Part shown: piece after piece, positions 24,596 through 36,934 of the stretch
How the letters are laid out: each line of letters starts with the position of its first letter
Position numbering within the stretch: the stretch's first letter is position 1
Assembly (NCBI RefSeq): GCF_006345805.1
Contig: NC_043023.1
Span: 1,922,001-1,986,000 of the forward strand
From: Octopus sinensis
Taxonomy: Eukaryota
Reading direction: 5' to 3'
DNA: 64,000 nt
Position numbers and translations under genes: made by a program
The notes under the pieces: generated by a model
What the model was told of the DNA's origin: nothing
Database searches by the model: none
What the model saw: only the letters and a program-made list of their open reading frames with translations

Positions 24596-25794
24596 TTGGG
24601 TGATCCCATAAATAATGCGGTTTTATCAGTTGCATGAAAAGTTGGAAGAGATTGGATAAACTACCTGCATCAACTTGCTATTAGAACAGGTAGTAATTTT
24701 ACCTTGTGCTTATTCTTAGTGCAAGTTTTGAAGAGTGCAGTTCAATTTTAAAATGAAATGGAAATGATAAAGGAGCATATTTGGCATATCTTGCTTTATG
24801 AGTTCAATAACGGCAACAGTGCAAGAGAAAGTGTGAGGGATATAAATGTAGTATATGGGGATCGGACAATAAGTTTAAGCCAGTGTCAATGATGGTTCCA
24901 GGAATTCCAAGCCAGAAACTACAGCCTAGAAGACAAGCCTTGTCCTGGAAGATCTCTAGAGTTCACCAAAGATGTCCTGTAAACCCAGATGGAACAAAAT
25001 CCCATCGTAACTGTTGAGAAACTAGCAGAGAAGCCTGGATTTGCTCATTCAACCATTCATTGACACCTGTGTGCCATCAAAAAATGACCATTTTTGGTTT
25101 CAAAACAAAAGATGTTCTTCCATCCATCAGGCCAGGGACATGACAAACCTTTTTTCTGGGACTCTTAAAGATGACTGGTGGTTAAGGAAACATTTCTGGA
25201 ATGAAGTACTCACCGAACCAATATATTTATAAACATGAGATGTGGCCCTATTCACACTCCTGGTAACATATGGTGTGGGGTAGGTTATCCCATCGGTGTC
25301 GAAGGTGAATGTTTGGTCCTCATCTAAGGTAGTGGAACTGGGAATGGCAGATCCTTCCACCAAGTCGTTGGTTCTGGACGGGTCGTTATTTCTAGGTGCA
25401 GTGTATGTACTGGCATTACATAGCAGGCTTGGTCACTCCATCTGTATCCATGGTGGTGGTACCGGGGTTTTCAGTGATGCTGTCTTTGATGCTGGTCCCA
25501 GTTTTGTTAACTCTGGACATTGCAATTATATTGGTGTGATACCTGGTTAATCTGCTAATAACATTGTTGTTTGATGTCACATTACTGTTATTATGGAGAT
25601 TAGATCTAGGTATCACTGTAGCCTCAAAGATGACCCCTTCAGCCTTCAGTCATTTTTCCGAGTCCCAAAATGACAGTTATCATGTCCCTGGCCTGCGATG
25701 TGTGGCACCTCAAAGATCAAGGACCTCGTGTGATATCCAATGGAAATTAATTAATTGATTATTTGGGCCTATATATTAATGGAATTGCCCAAAA
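24596..25794 (+). mobile_element. Mariner (Mos1/SETMAR-like) transposon remnant
   Basis: Left end TA-TTGGGTGATCCCATAAATAATG; degenerate right TIR TATTAATGGAATTGCCCAAAA at 25774-25794 (16/21 match). From 24758 it reads MEMIKEHIWHILLYEFNNGNSARESVRDINVVYGDRTISLSQCQ*WFQEF..SLEDKPCPGR..QNPIVTVEKLAEK, the mariner HTH region, with stops. Confidence 0.88.
25115..25755 (-). mobile_element. Penelope-like GIY-YIG endonuclease fragment with an inverted 3' segment, nested in the mariner
   Basis: Minus strand: EGVIFEATV ... VYKYIGSVSTSFQKCFLNHQSSLRVPEKRFVMSLA. Plus strand 25677-25755: MSLACDVWHLKDQG../DIQWKLI, which continues the PLE endonuclease motif. Confidence 0.6.
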
Positions 25795-26088
25795 ATATAT
25801 AAATATATATATTTCGTTTGCAAGATTCTTTATGTGAGTTAATGTGTTGAAGCATATTCTGTTGTGTCTGGGGAGAGTCAGTCTCTTTTAGTGCCTTATT
25901 ATATAACACACTCACCGGTAAAGTTTCCACTCATTTACTTATTTACGTATTTTTCTAAAATTTTCGTTACGTCTTGCAACATTTTCCATAGTTGTTGATT
26001 CTGTCCATTATTCAAGCTGTGTTCTTTTTGTTTGTTTGTGTGCATATGTGGGGGATCAGTGTGTGGGTGCGCATTCACATGTATGTAT

Positions 26089-26387
26089 TTATAAAATAGT
26101 GTACATTTAAATGCAAGAGAAACTACCCTTTAACAGGTAATTTTACATGCTAGAAGAAGCAGTCGAAATGACCAAAACCACAACTTAAGAGCAATTTTCG
26201 AAGGGAATGAAAAATAAAAACTTTTACCTTGTTATTTAAAAAAAATATATAAAAGTTGTTTAGTTTACATTCCCTTCGAAAATTGCTCTTAAATTGTGGT
26301 TTTGATCACTTTGACTGCTTCTTCTAGCATGTAAAATTACCTGTTAAAGGTAGTTTCTTTTGTGTTTAAATGTACACTATTTTATAA
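26089..26387. repeat. Foldback inverted repeat (arms 26089-26209 and 26268-26387)
   Basis: The arms are about 120-bp diverged reverse complements. Confidence 0.85.
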
Positions 26388-26698
26388 TTTTATATTGAGA
26401 GTATGTTTATTGACTTTTTATAAATGTTAGGCCACTAGTGGTGAAATTTCTAAGGAATATTCACTACCCTATATATTTTACATGTATCTATTTATGTATG
26501 TATGTAATTGTGTGTATGCATGTACATGTGTGTGTATGTGTGTGTATGTATATATGGATATATGTGTGTACGTTTGTATGCATGTATTCTACATATTCAT
26601 GCGTTTCTTTGTTAGTGTGTCCATGTTTGTGTGCCCGCTTTTGTGTGTTTGCATGAGTGTGGGTGTGTCTAGCTCTGTCTCCTTGTGTGTATGTGTCT

Positions 26699-26732
<34 letters not shown>

Positions 26733-26847
26733 TGGTTTTTGTAAATGAGTGGAATTTTTACCAAGTGAGTGTGTTAAATTATAAGGCACTAAAAGAGAAT
26801 GACTCTCCCCAGACATGAAAGAATATATATGTGTGTGTGTGTGTGTA

Positions 26848-26885
<38 letters not shown>

Positions 26886-26899
26886 CATACATACACACA

Positions 26900-28230
26900 C
26901 ATATCATCATCATCATCATCCTCATTTAACGTCCGCTTTCCATGCTAGCATGGGTTGGACGGTTCAACTGGAGTCTGGGGAGCCCGAAGGCTGCACCAGG
27001 CCAGTCAGATCTGGCAGTGTTTCTACAGCTGGATGCCCTTCCTAATGCCAACCACTCCGAGAGTGTAGTGGGTGATTTTATGTGCCACCGACACAGGTGC
27101 CAGATGAGGCTGGCGAACGGCCACGCTCGGATGGTGTTTTTTTTTTATGTGCCACCGACACAGGTGCCAGACGAGGCTGGCAGACGGCCACGCTCGGATG
27201 GTGTTTTTTGTGCCACCGACACAAGTGCCAGATGAGGCTGGCGAACGGCCACGATCAGATGGTGTTTGTTACGTGCCCACAGCACGGAGGCCAGTCGATG
27301 CGGTACTGGCTACGGCCACGTTCGGATGGTTTTCTTGTGTGCCACCGGTACTGGTACCACAAAGATACAAATTCCATTGATGTTCATCTATTTTGAGTGT
27401 TTCACTTTGCCTTCAAAGATCTTCACAACTCATCACACACTTGCCTCAACAGGTCTTCACAAGTGTCACATACTTGCCTCAACAGGTCTTCACAAGTGTC
27501 ATAAGAAGGAAGGTATGCACAGGTAGACTGACTACGTCCCTGTCGTTCGTCAATGATGTGGTCTGCAGTAGGGTGTCATAGAAACAGTCTTTCTGTCCAT
27601 CAGGTAGCCCTGGCTGAGGGCCATAGGCCGATATAATAGTTGCTAAACTATGATGGAGCACTAATCTAATCTTAATTATTCTGTCACTTACTCTGACTAC
27701 CTCGATTACCTTATCTACCCATTTTTCGGCGATAAGCATGCCCACACCCCCGACTCCGTCAGTATTCCCAGCCAGAAAATCTTGTACCTCTGTCCTTTGC
27801 CTGTGAGGAACCTAGCAGAACCTCCTCTCCACCTCACTTCTTGAATGCCAGCATATATCAACCCACCTCCGTTCAAGCAATTCAACTATCTCGCCAGATC
27901 TGCCTTTCAGTGTGCCAACGTTGAGGGTGCCAACCCTGAGGCTGTGGGTGGGGGTGGAAGTGGTATTGGCCCTAATAGCGTCATGGACCTGAAAAGAAAA
28001 CTCGCGTTTGGCAGTATTCATAGACAAACAATAGAACTTAAGTTCAAACCTCGTACACAACACTAAACATATCTTGCAATGACTGACCCCTACCTTTTAC
28101 CTTTTATGGAAGGAGGTGGGGGTGGCGGAAGACTTTGAGGTGTACAAGGGAGACAAGGATGAGAAAATTTAGGACTTCCTGTACCGGTGGAGGGGGTGGG
28201 AGGGCGGGTGCACCGCGAAAACCGGCCGGC
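26900..28230 (-). mobile_element. Internally deleted RTE-clade LINE: 5' UTR + APE endonuclease N-terminus fused to the 3' UTR
   Basis: LRVGTLNVGTLKGRSGEIVELLERR (27812-28063 ORF) and GMLIAEKWVDKVIEVVRVSDRIIKIRLV..IISAYGPQ (27479-27745 ORF) are RTE/CFDP2-type APE motifs. The sequence then jumps to LVKTC* and the family-C tail with (GAT)n at ~26900. No RT domain is present. Confidence 0.9.
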
Positions 28231-28369
28231 AGCCATTCCTTTCTTAGGAGAGAAATAGTTATTAGTAGCTATAAATACCTAAATTTTACCTAATCTATGG
28301 GAGAAGCATGAGTGATGTATATATATATGTGTGTGTGTATATATATATATGTACATATATATCAACAAG

Positions 28370-28640
28370 TGCAGCGTGGAAGGTGTTTGTAAACCATTTA
28401 AGAAACACACAAAAGCCGTTCGATTCACTTCAACATTTAAGTTTAATTTGTGAAAATATTTTCGTCGCTTTAAGACCGCAACCTGTTCACTGACAAAAAT
28501 CCAAAGATGCATTTTTGTCAGTGAACAGGTCGCGGATTTTAGCGACGAAAATATTTTCACAAATTAAACTTAAATTTTGAAGTGAATCGAACGGCTTTTG
28601 TGTGTTTCTTAAATGGTTTACAAACACCTTCCACGCTGCA
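28370..28640. repeat. Foldback element (arms 28370-28498 and 28512-28640) carrying two hammerhead-like variant motifs
   Basis: Near-perfect ~130-bp inverted arms. The same family occurs at 58971-59250 and 59630-59940. Confidence 0.88.
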
Positions 28641-30188
28641 ATTGTTTTCGGTTCAGTACACGATCTCAGATCAAATCACTTGCTATGCAAGTACATCTCC
28701 GTAATACATATATATGTATATATATATATTATATAATATAAAAATAATATATAAATATATACATATATACATACATATATGTACATATCAACATATATAT
28801 GTATATATACATGCATATATGGGTACAGGACATCAAAAAAACGTTGAACACAATGAGAAGCGAAAACAAAAACAAAAACATAAAAACAAAGTATTTTCGA
28901 CCAACAAAAAAAACAGAGAAACGTGACATACAACATAAAGAAAATTCCCCTTTATCAGTTGTCCTTGTTTCATCTACTCCACATTTCGAAGGCAAATATA
29001 TATATACAGGTGCAAGGGTGCCTGTGCAGTCAAGAAGCTGGGATCTTTGGTGCTGCCCCCATTGTGTTACACCTTGGACAAGTGCTTTCTACTATAGCCC
29101 CAGGCCAACAAGAGCCTTGTAAGTGGATTTGATTGACAGAAACTGAAAGTCAATTACGTGTGTCTCTCTTTAGTTTTATTCCTCACCACCTGTAACCACT
29201 TTCAAAACAGCTGCTGGTTTGTTTACATCCCAGTAACTCAGCAATTCTGTAAACGAGACTGATAGAGTAAGTACCAGACTTGATAAAAAATGAAGTTCTG
29301 GGGTCAATTTGTTTGAAAGAAAACCCTTCAAGGCAAAGCCCAGGATGGCTGCAGTCCAATAACTGAATCAAATAAACAATAACGAATAACACATACATAC
29401 ATACATATATATATACATATACATATATATACATGCACACATAGCTACATAATATGTTATTGACCGTTTCACAGGTCCAGTTTCCCGTCTCAACAGTATA
29501 AAGTTTGATATTGGAACCGACTCTACATGGAGTCGGAAAGACTGGCAACAGTTTGAAGTCGATATTTTCACACACATACACACACACTGCGTGTGTATGT
29601 ATACACATGTATATATGTATATATGTATATGTACTTATGTATTTGTATATAAAGCTCTGTGTGTGTGTGTGTGTATGTCTATATTTGTGAATATACATAT
29701 ATGGATATATAGGTAATAGTTTTCCTTGTATGTATGTGTAGTATATGTGTACATGCATATAAGTGTGTGTGTGTGTTTTTTGTGTATATAACTATTCATA
29801 TATAATGTATGTATGTATATTTATGCAATTTCATAAATATATTATATACATATATAAATATGTCTATGTGTAAGTATGTGTGTGTGTGTATGTATATATA
29901 TATATTATACATATACATATATATATATGTGTGTGTGTGTGTGTGTTGTGTGTATTTTATGTATGTATATGTATATATATAGATATATATATACGCATAC
30001 ATACATACAAACACACATTATATAAATATATATATATATGCATACATATATAAAGGCATATGTATTACATGAATTTATGCATATATGTACATATACATAC
30101 ATGCATATATATATATGTCAATGTGTATACACATATAAGTATATACATATGTATGTGTATGAAAGTGAATATGTATATATACACCTAT

Positions 30189-30220
<32 letters not shown>

Positions 30221-30575
30221 TCCCACATACATCTACAAGTGAGTATGTGTATCACAATAGATGATTCCAGAAAGTCGACATCATTTGTTAGAAATGTCCG
30301 ACGCTTCTTTCATGTAAAGAGGGAAGAGCAGGGCTGGGCATATGGAGGGGGCATCTTTGGAACGGACAGGGTGGGACAATACTCTTTGGGAATGGGTGAA
30401 TGGACAGGGAGATCTTCAATTGTGCAAGTTCATGTGTACTGTTAATACACACACAAATTTATATATATCAATTATCGATATATATATTATATGTATACCC
30501 ATCTATTAATCTATCTATTTATCTGTCTGTCTATCTATCTATCTATATATAGATATACACACATACACTATTATA

Positions 30576-30636
<61 letters not shown>

Positions 30637-30743
30637 CTATATGTATATATAATATGTATATAATATATATATATATAGATAGATAGATAGATAGCAGACA
30701 GACAGCCAGATAGATAGGTAGATAGATAGATAGAAATGTGTAT

Positions 30744-31152
30744 ACTCTTACTCTTTACTCTTTTACTTGTTTCAGTCATTTGACTGCAGCCATGCTGGAG
30801 CACCGCCTTACTCGAGCAACTCGACCCGGGACTTATTCTTTTGTAAGCCCTTAGTACTTATTCATCGGTCTCTTTTGCTGAACCACTAAGTAACGGGGAT
30901 ATAAACACACCAGCATCGGTTGTCAAGCAATGCTAGGGGGACAGACACACAAACACACACACATGCATATATATACATACATATATACGACAGGGCTTCT
31001 TTCAGTTTCCGTCTACCAAATCCACTCACAAGGCATTGGTCGGCCCGGGGCTATAGCAGAAGACACTTGCCCAAGATGCCACGCAGTGGGACTGAACCCG
31101 GAACCATGTGGTTGGTTAGCAAGCTACTTACCACACAGCCACTCCTGCGTCT
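30744..31152 (-). mobile_element. SINE family A, full length
   Basis: Family A motifs. Confidence 0.9.
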
Positions 31153-31519
31153 GTATATAAATATGCGTATGTATATAAATATAGATATATACACAAAATG
31201 ATGAACACAGAAGCATGCAAATTCATGTTGCAATTATATATGCATACACATACATAAGAACACATAATACAATATTATAATCGTTATATATATATATATA
31301 TGTATATATATGATTTTTTGCTACACTGATAACTACTTATCTATTTTTTCCGTGTTAATTGTTAACAAGGGAAAAATACAAACATCTACTTATATATATA
31401 ATATATATATATAATTTCAACAATTGAGGGTAAAATTAATTAATTATTAATCAATCTCACCAAGTATTCAGTATGAAAGGGACCATTTAAGGCGAATTCA
31501 AAATATATACATTTATTAA

Positions 31520-31813
31520 AAGGGCTTCGTAAAATAAATTACTTTGCCACATACTGAACTCATTAGAAATAGCAGCTAAAAAAATTTTTCAGCTATTCTA
31601 ATACTTAAAGAAAAATCTCTCTCAGATAGTGCCGCTCCAAACCAACTCACGAAGGTATGGGGAAAAAAGCATTAAAAAAATCACAAGTGCAAAGGTTATT
31701 TGAGACGTACTGAGAGAGATTTTCTTTAAGTTTAGAAATAGCTGAAAAAATTTTTTTAGCTGCTATTTCTAATGAGTTCATATGTGGCCAAAGTAATTAT
31801 TTACGAAGCCCTT
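31520..31813. repeat. Foldback inverted repeat (arms 31520-31625 and 31710-31813)
   Basis: AAGGGCTTCGTAAA..AAATCTCTCTCAG versus CTGAGAGAGATTT..TTACGAAGCCCTT. Confidence 0.85.
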
Positions 31814-31941
31814 AGTATAATGTTATATATATATATATAATATATATATATATGGTATATTATAATTTATATATAAAAAATACATTACATGTATATATAT
31901 ATTCTTTTGCATTTTTCAGCCAAGATGGGAGCATCATAAAA

Positions 31942-31984
<43 letters not shown>

Positions 31985-32303
31985 CCACATGTATATATAT
32001 ATATATATACACAAACACAATATATAATCAATATATGATATTGTATATATAATATATATGTGCATGTGTGTGAATATATGTGTGAACATACATAGGTGGT
32101 GTGGCAAGTAGCTTGCTTACCAATACATGGTTCATGGTTCAGTTCAACTGTGAGGCACCTTGAGCAAATGTATTCAATATAGCCTTGGGCTAATCAAAGC
32201 CTTATAAATGGACTTGTATATGTATGGTTCTATAATATATATATTATATATATAGATATATTACACACATATCCAGGATGTATATATGAATGTATGTATT
32301 ATG

Positions 32304-32350
<47 letters not shown>

Positions 32351-32740
32351 ATATATATTATATATATCCATGTGTGTTGTGTTTCTGTGTTTGTATTTGT
32401 CCCCCACCACTGCCTGACAACCGACTGGGGTGTGTTTATGTCCCCGTAACTTAGTGGTTCAGCAAAAGAGAATGATAGAATAAGCACCAGGCTTATAAAA
32501 AGTGAGTACTGGGGTTGATGCATTCAACTAAAAGTTCTTGGAGGTGGTGCCCCAGCATGGCTGCAGACTGTAACAAGTAAACAAATAAAGATATATATAT
32601 GTATGTATACATTCATATATACCAATCTAACATGGATATATGGTCTATATCTTGAGGGGGAATCTTCAGTAGATATATAGTGCTAAAATGCACAGAAGTA
32701 TCAGTAGCAGACAAAAAGAACTCAGCAACAGCAGTGGAAG

Positions 32741-32785
32741 TGTTAGATCACAGGATTTCTGCAAAATCGTGCATCATCAGCAGCA
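32741..32785 (-). ncRNA. Candidate type-I hammerhead ribozyme, canonical core
   Basis: TGCTG-CTGATGA-TGCA-CGATTT-TGCA-GAAA-TC-CTGT-GAT-C-TAACA. Stem II has 4 bp, stem III 3 bp, the cleavage triplet is AUC, and stem I pairs at 4 of 5 positions. Confidence 0.4.
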
Positions 32786-33039
32786 AATATCTACATTGAC
32801 TGCATACTTTGACAATTTCTCCTCTGTTGATATATATAAAAATAGTGATTAATAAGTCAATGTTTTTTATGCTAATAGCTTGTAGCACAAGTAAGAATTT
32901 ATTATCGGCAACAGAAAAAGTATTAGTACTAAATAGCAATCTGTATAATCTACTTAATGTGGATATATTGTAAGAATGCCATGGTACTTTTGGTATTTGT
33001 CTTGAGAAGACATGCTTAACGTGTTATGCAATGTCTCAG

Positions 33040-33430
33040 TAAATGATGGGATGGTCATGGCTGGAATGTCTTCAATCATCAGTCTGCTGAATCATGACTA
33101 ATCTGAGGCTAAGCAACAACAACAATAACCAGTAATACTAACATCTATGTTGTACATTAGATCATGTAGTCCCAGATAAACTATATCTGAATAAAAGATG
33201 GGATGGTCACAGATGGAACATCTTTGATCATAGGTCTGTTGGATCAGAGTTACCTGGGGCTAAACATCAACAAGAGCAATAACTAATACCACTACTATAG
33301 TATACATTAGATAATGTAATCCTAGGTACACTATGCCTGAATAAAAGACAGAATGGTCACTGCATGAACATCTTTGACTATAGATCTCGCTAGTGGATCG
33401 GGACTGACCTGGGGCTAAAAAAAACTACAA
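33040..33430 (+). repeat. ~145-bp satellite-like repeat family
   Basis: Units match 20885-21410 and 60045-60665. Confidence 0.78.
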
Positions 33431-33771
33431 TAACCACCGATTTGATGACAAAGGTTCCAGTTGGTCTGGTCAATGGAACAGCCTACTCATGAAATTAATG
33501 TGCAAGTGGCTGAGTACTCCACAGACACAATGTGTACCCTTTATATAGTTCTCAGAGAGATTCAGCATGACACATTGTGGATTAAAGGTAAAACTCACTT
33601 TTGTCAGCTGAGTGGACTGGAGTAATATGGTGTGAAGTGTCTTGCTCAAGGACACTGGCACACCATAGGATACAATGACGAGAGCTCCAGTTGATCCAAT
33701 CAACAGAGCAGTGTGCTTTGTTAAATTAACGTGCAAGTGGCTGAGCACACCACAGACACACATACCCTTAA

Positions 33772-34578
33772 CCCTTTCATTACTGTATTTATTTTGAGAT
33801 GTTCTGTTTCTTTCAATTAATTTTAAATATAACAAAGAATTTAGTAAAATAACTTAGTCATCATTAAGCTAGTGTTAGGAACATAAATTGTGACTAAGGT
33901 TTGATGGAAGATTTTAATTCAAAACTTAGGAAAACAAGACAATTGTACTCAGAGGCAGAGCCGGTTTCAGCCGGGTTGGTATCAAAAGGGTTAAATATAA
34001 CAAAGAATTTAGTAAAATAACTTAGTTATCATTAAGCTAGTGTTAGGAACATAAATTGTGACAAAGGTTTGGTAGAAGATTTTAATTCAAAACTTATGAA
34101 AACGAGACATTTGTACTCAGAGCCAGAGCCAGTTTCAGCCAGGTTGGTATCAAAAGGGTTAAGAATTGTTTCTCTATTATATATTTTAACCCTTTCATTA
34201 CCATATTTCTGCTAAGATGCTCTGTGGTTCTTTCAATTAATTTTAAATATAACAAAGAATTTAGTAAAATAACTTAGTTATCACTAAGCTGGTGTCAGGA
34301 ACATAAATTGTGACTAAGGTTTGGTGGAAGATTTTAATTCAGAACTTAGGAAAACAAGACAATTGTACTCAGAGGCAGAGCCGGTTTCAGCCGGGTTGGT
34401 ATCAAAAGGGTTAAATATAACAAAGAATTTAGTAAAATAACTTAGTTATTATTAAGCTAGTGTTAGGAACATAAATTGTGACAAAGGTTTGATGGAAGAT
34501 TTTAATTCAAAACCTATGAAAACGAGACATTTGTTCTCAGAGCCAGAGGCGGTTTCAGCTGGGTTGGTTATGAAAGGG
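33772..34578 (+). mobile_element. TTAA-flanked MITE composite: two copies (420-bp offset), each with two 168-bp terminal units
   Basis: TTAA at 33768-33771 and 34579-34582. Units end AAAGGG-TTAA at 33990, 34158, 34410 and 34578. The flanks rejoin a repeat also seen uninterrupted near 33530-33570 (..TACCC TT ..AGTT..CAG..GATTCAG). Confidence 0.88.
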
Positions 34579-34977
34579 TTAATGAAGTTATCAGGGATAT
34601 TCAGTGTGATAAGAATATGACAAGGCTGGCTTTTTGAAATAAACACATTTTTGCCACTTCATTTTTGGATTTGGTTTACAAGATTCTTTATGTGAGTTTG
34701 TGTGTTGAAGCATGTTTTGTTGTGCCTGGGGAGAGTCATTCTCTTTTAGTGCCTTATTATTTAACACAATCACTGGTAAAATTTCTACTCATTTATTTTT
34801 TTCTAAAATTTTCATTGTATCTTGCACCCTTTTCATACATATATACACATGTGTATGTGCACACACACTGACCTACACACATGCACACAAACTAACAAAA
34901 AAGAACGCAGTTCGGATAACAGGGTCAACAACTATTGGAAAGGTTGCAAGACGCAGCGAAAATTTTAGAAAAATTGC

Positions 34978-35468
34978 AAAGACCTGTTGAGGCAAGTGAA
35001 ATCTAAATCAAATTCGATGACTGGCATCCATGCTAGTGGAACACAAAGAGCACCATCCGAGCATGATCGATGCCAGAGTGGCTAACTGGCTTCCATGCCG
35101 GTGGCACATAAAAAGCACCATTTGAGCATGATCATTACCAGTGTCGCCTTACTGGCACCTGTGCTGGTGGCACATGAAAAAACATTCGAGTGAGGTCGCC
35201 TCCAGTGCCACTGGACTGGCTCCTGTGCAGGTGGCACGTAAATAACACCATTTGAGCCTGGCCATTGCTAGTACTGCCTGACTGGCATGTAAAAGCACCC
35301 ACTACAATTTAGGTGTGGTTGGCGTTAGTAAGGGTTATCCAGCTGTAGAAATTCTGCCAGATCAGATTAGAGCCTGGTGCAGCCGTCTTGTTTGCCAGTC
35401 CTCAGTCAAATCGTCCAACCCATGCTAGCATGGAAAGCAGACGTTAAATGATGATGATGATGATGATG
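34978..35468 (+). mobile_element. RTE 3'-UTR-derived element (family C)
   Basis: Colinear with 3670-4192; (GAT)n tail. Confidence 0.85.
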
Positions 35469-35932
35469 AATAAGTAAATGAATGGAAACTTTACCAGTGT
35501 GTGTGTTAAATAATAAGGCACAAAAAGAAACTGACTCTCCCCAGGCACAACAAAATATTTTTGCCAGCAGAGTGGACTGGAGCAATGTGAAATAAAATGA
35601 CTTGCTCAAGGACAGAATGCACTGCCAGGAATTGAACACATGATCATGTTATTGTAAGCCAAATACCTTAACCACTTAGCCATCCACCTTCAGTCCTAGG
35701 TACAACATATATGAATAAAGGATGGGATGGCTGCAGCTGGGACATGATCAGTGAGACATCTACCCAGATCAGGACTAACCCAGGGCTAAACAACAATAAT
35801 TATATCCACTAACTACTAAATTATACATTAGATGGTGTAGTCCTAGATACACGGTGACACAGCTGGAACATGCTTGATCATAAGTCTGTTGGACCAGATC
35901 AGGACTGACCAGGGGTTAAACAAAAGACATCA

Positions 35933-36338
35933 AGGTGTAGGAGTGGCTGTGTGGTAAGTAACTTGCTAACCAACCACATGGTTCAGGGTTCAGTCCCACT
36001 GCGTGGCATCTTGGGCAAGTGTCTTCTGCTATGGCCCCGGGCCGAACAATGCCTTGTGAGTGGATTTGGTAGACGGAAACTGAAAGAAGCCCGTCGTATA
36101 TATGTATATATGTATATATGTGTGCGTTTGTGTGTCTGTGTTTGTCCCCCTAGCATTGCTTGACAACCGATGCTGGTGTGTTTACGTCCCCGTCACTTAG
36201 CGGCTCGGCAAAAGAGATCGATAGAATAAGTGCTGGGCTTTCAAAGAATAGGTCCCAGGGTCGATTGGCTCGACTAAAAGGCGGTGCTCCAGCATGGCCG
36301 CAGTCAAATGACTGAAACAAGTAGAAGAGTAAAAGAGT
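35933..36338 (+). mobile_element. SINE family A, full length
   Basis: Family A head through the AAAAGAG tail. Confidence 0.9.
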
Positions 36339-36599
36339 ATACAACAACATCTATCACAGCATCACCACCAGTTGCTATCTCACCCCCACTGGTGGAAGTT
36401 TCCGGTACACAAGTTCTTCCTCCCTGTATGCTGCTGCCTGGCTCTCTGCAGACACTCCCAAAGAATATCCAAAAAGATAGTTCTTCCTTGTAGCACGATG
36501 ATTCATTTCCAAGCCTGGTCATGTGATATAAAACTCGCAGGACCAGCCCCTACCTTGCACACCCCACACTATTCACAGCAAATTCATTGCAAGTGTATA

Positions 36600-36672
36600 T
36601 CATTTATATATATACATACATACATACATACATATATGATAACACTTTCAACTATTCTTCATGATATATATA

Positions 36673-36725
<53 letters not shown>

Positions 36726-36730
36726 ATATC

Positions 36731-36812
<82 letters not shown>

Positions 36813-36816
36813 ATAT

Positions 36817-36863
<47 letters not shown>

Positions 36864-36901
36864 TGTATGATGTGTATATATATATATATAACACCATATA
36901 C

Positions 36902-36934
<33 letters not shown>

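Noticed and set aside
25128-25695. 16-bp inverted repeat CAGGCCAGGGACATGA, first read as a DNA-transposon TIR
   Set aside because: It lies within GIY-YIG-like coding sequence present in both orientations and has no TSD; a PLE inversion explains it better.
34930-34975. GTTGC-AAGAC-GCAGC-GAAA-ATTTTA hammerhead-like half (also ~25950-25992, minus)
   Set aside because: The upstream core (CTATTGG/CTATGG) is too divergent and there is no stem I pairing.
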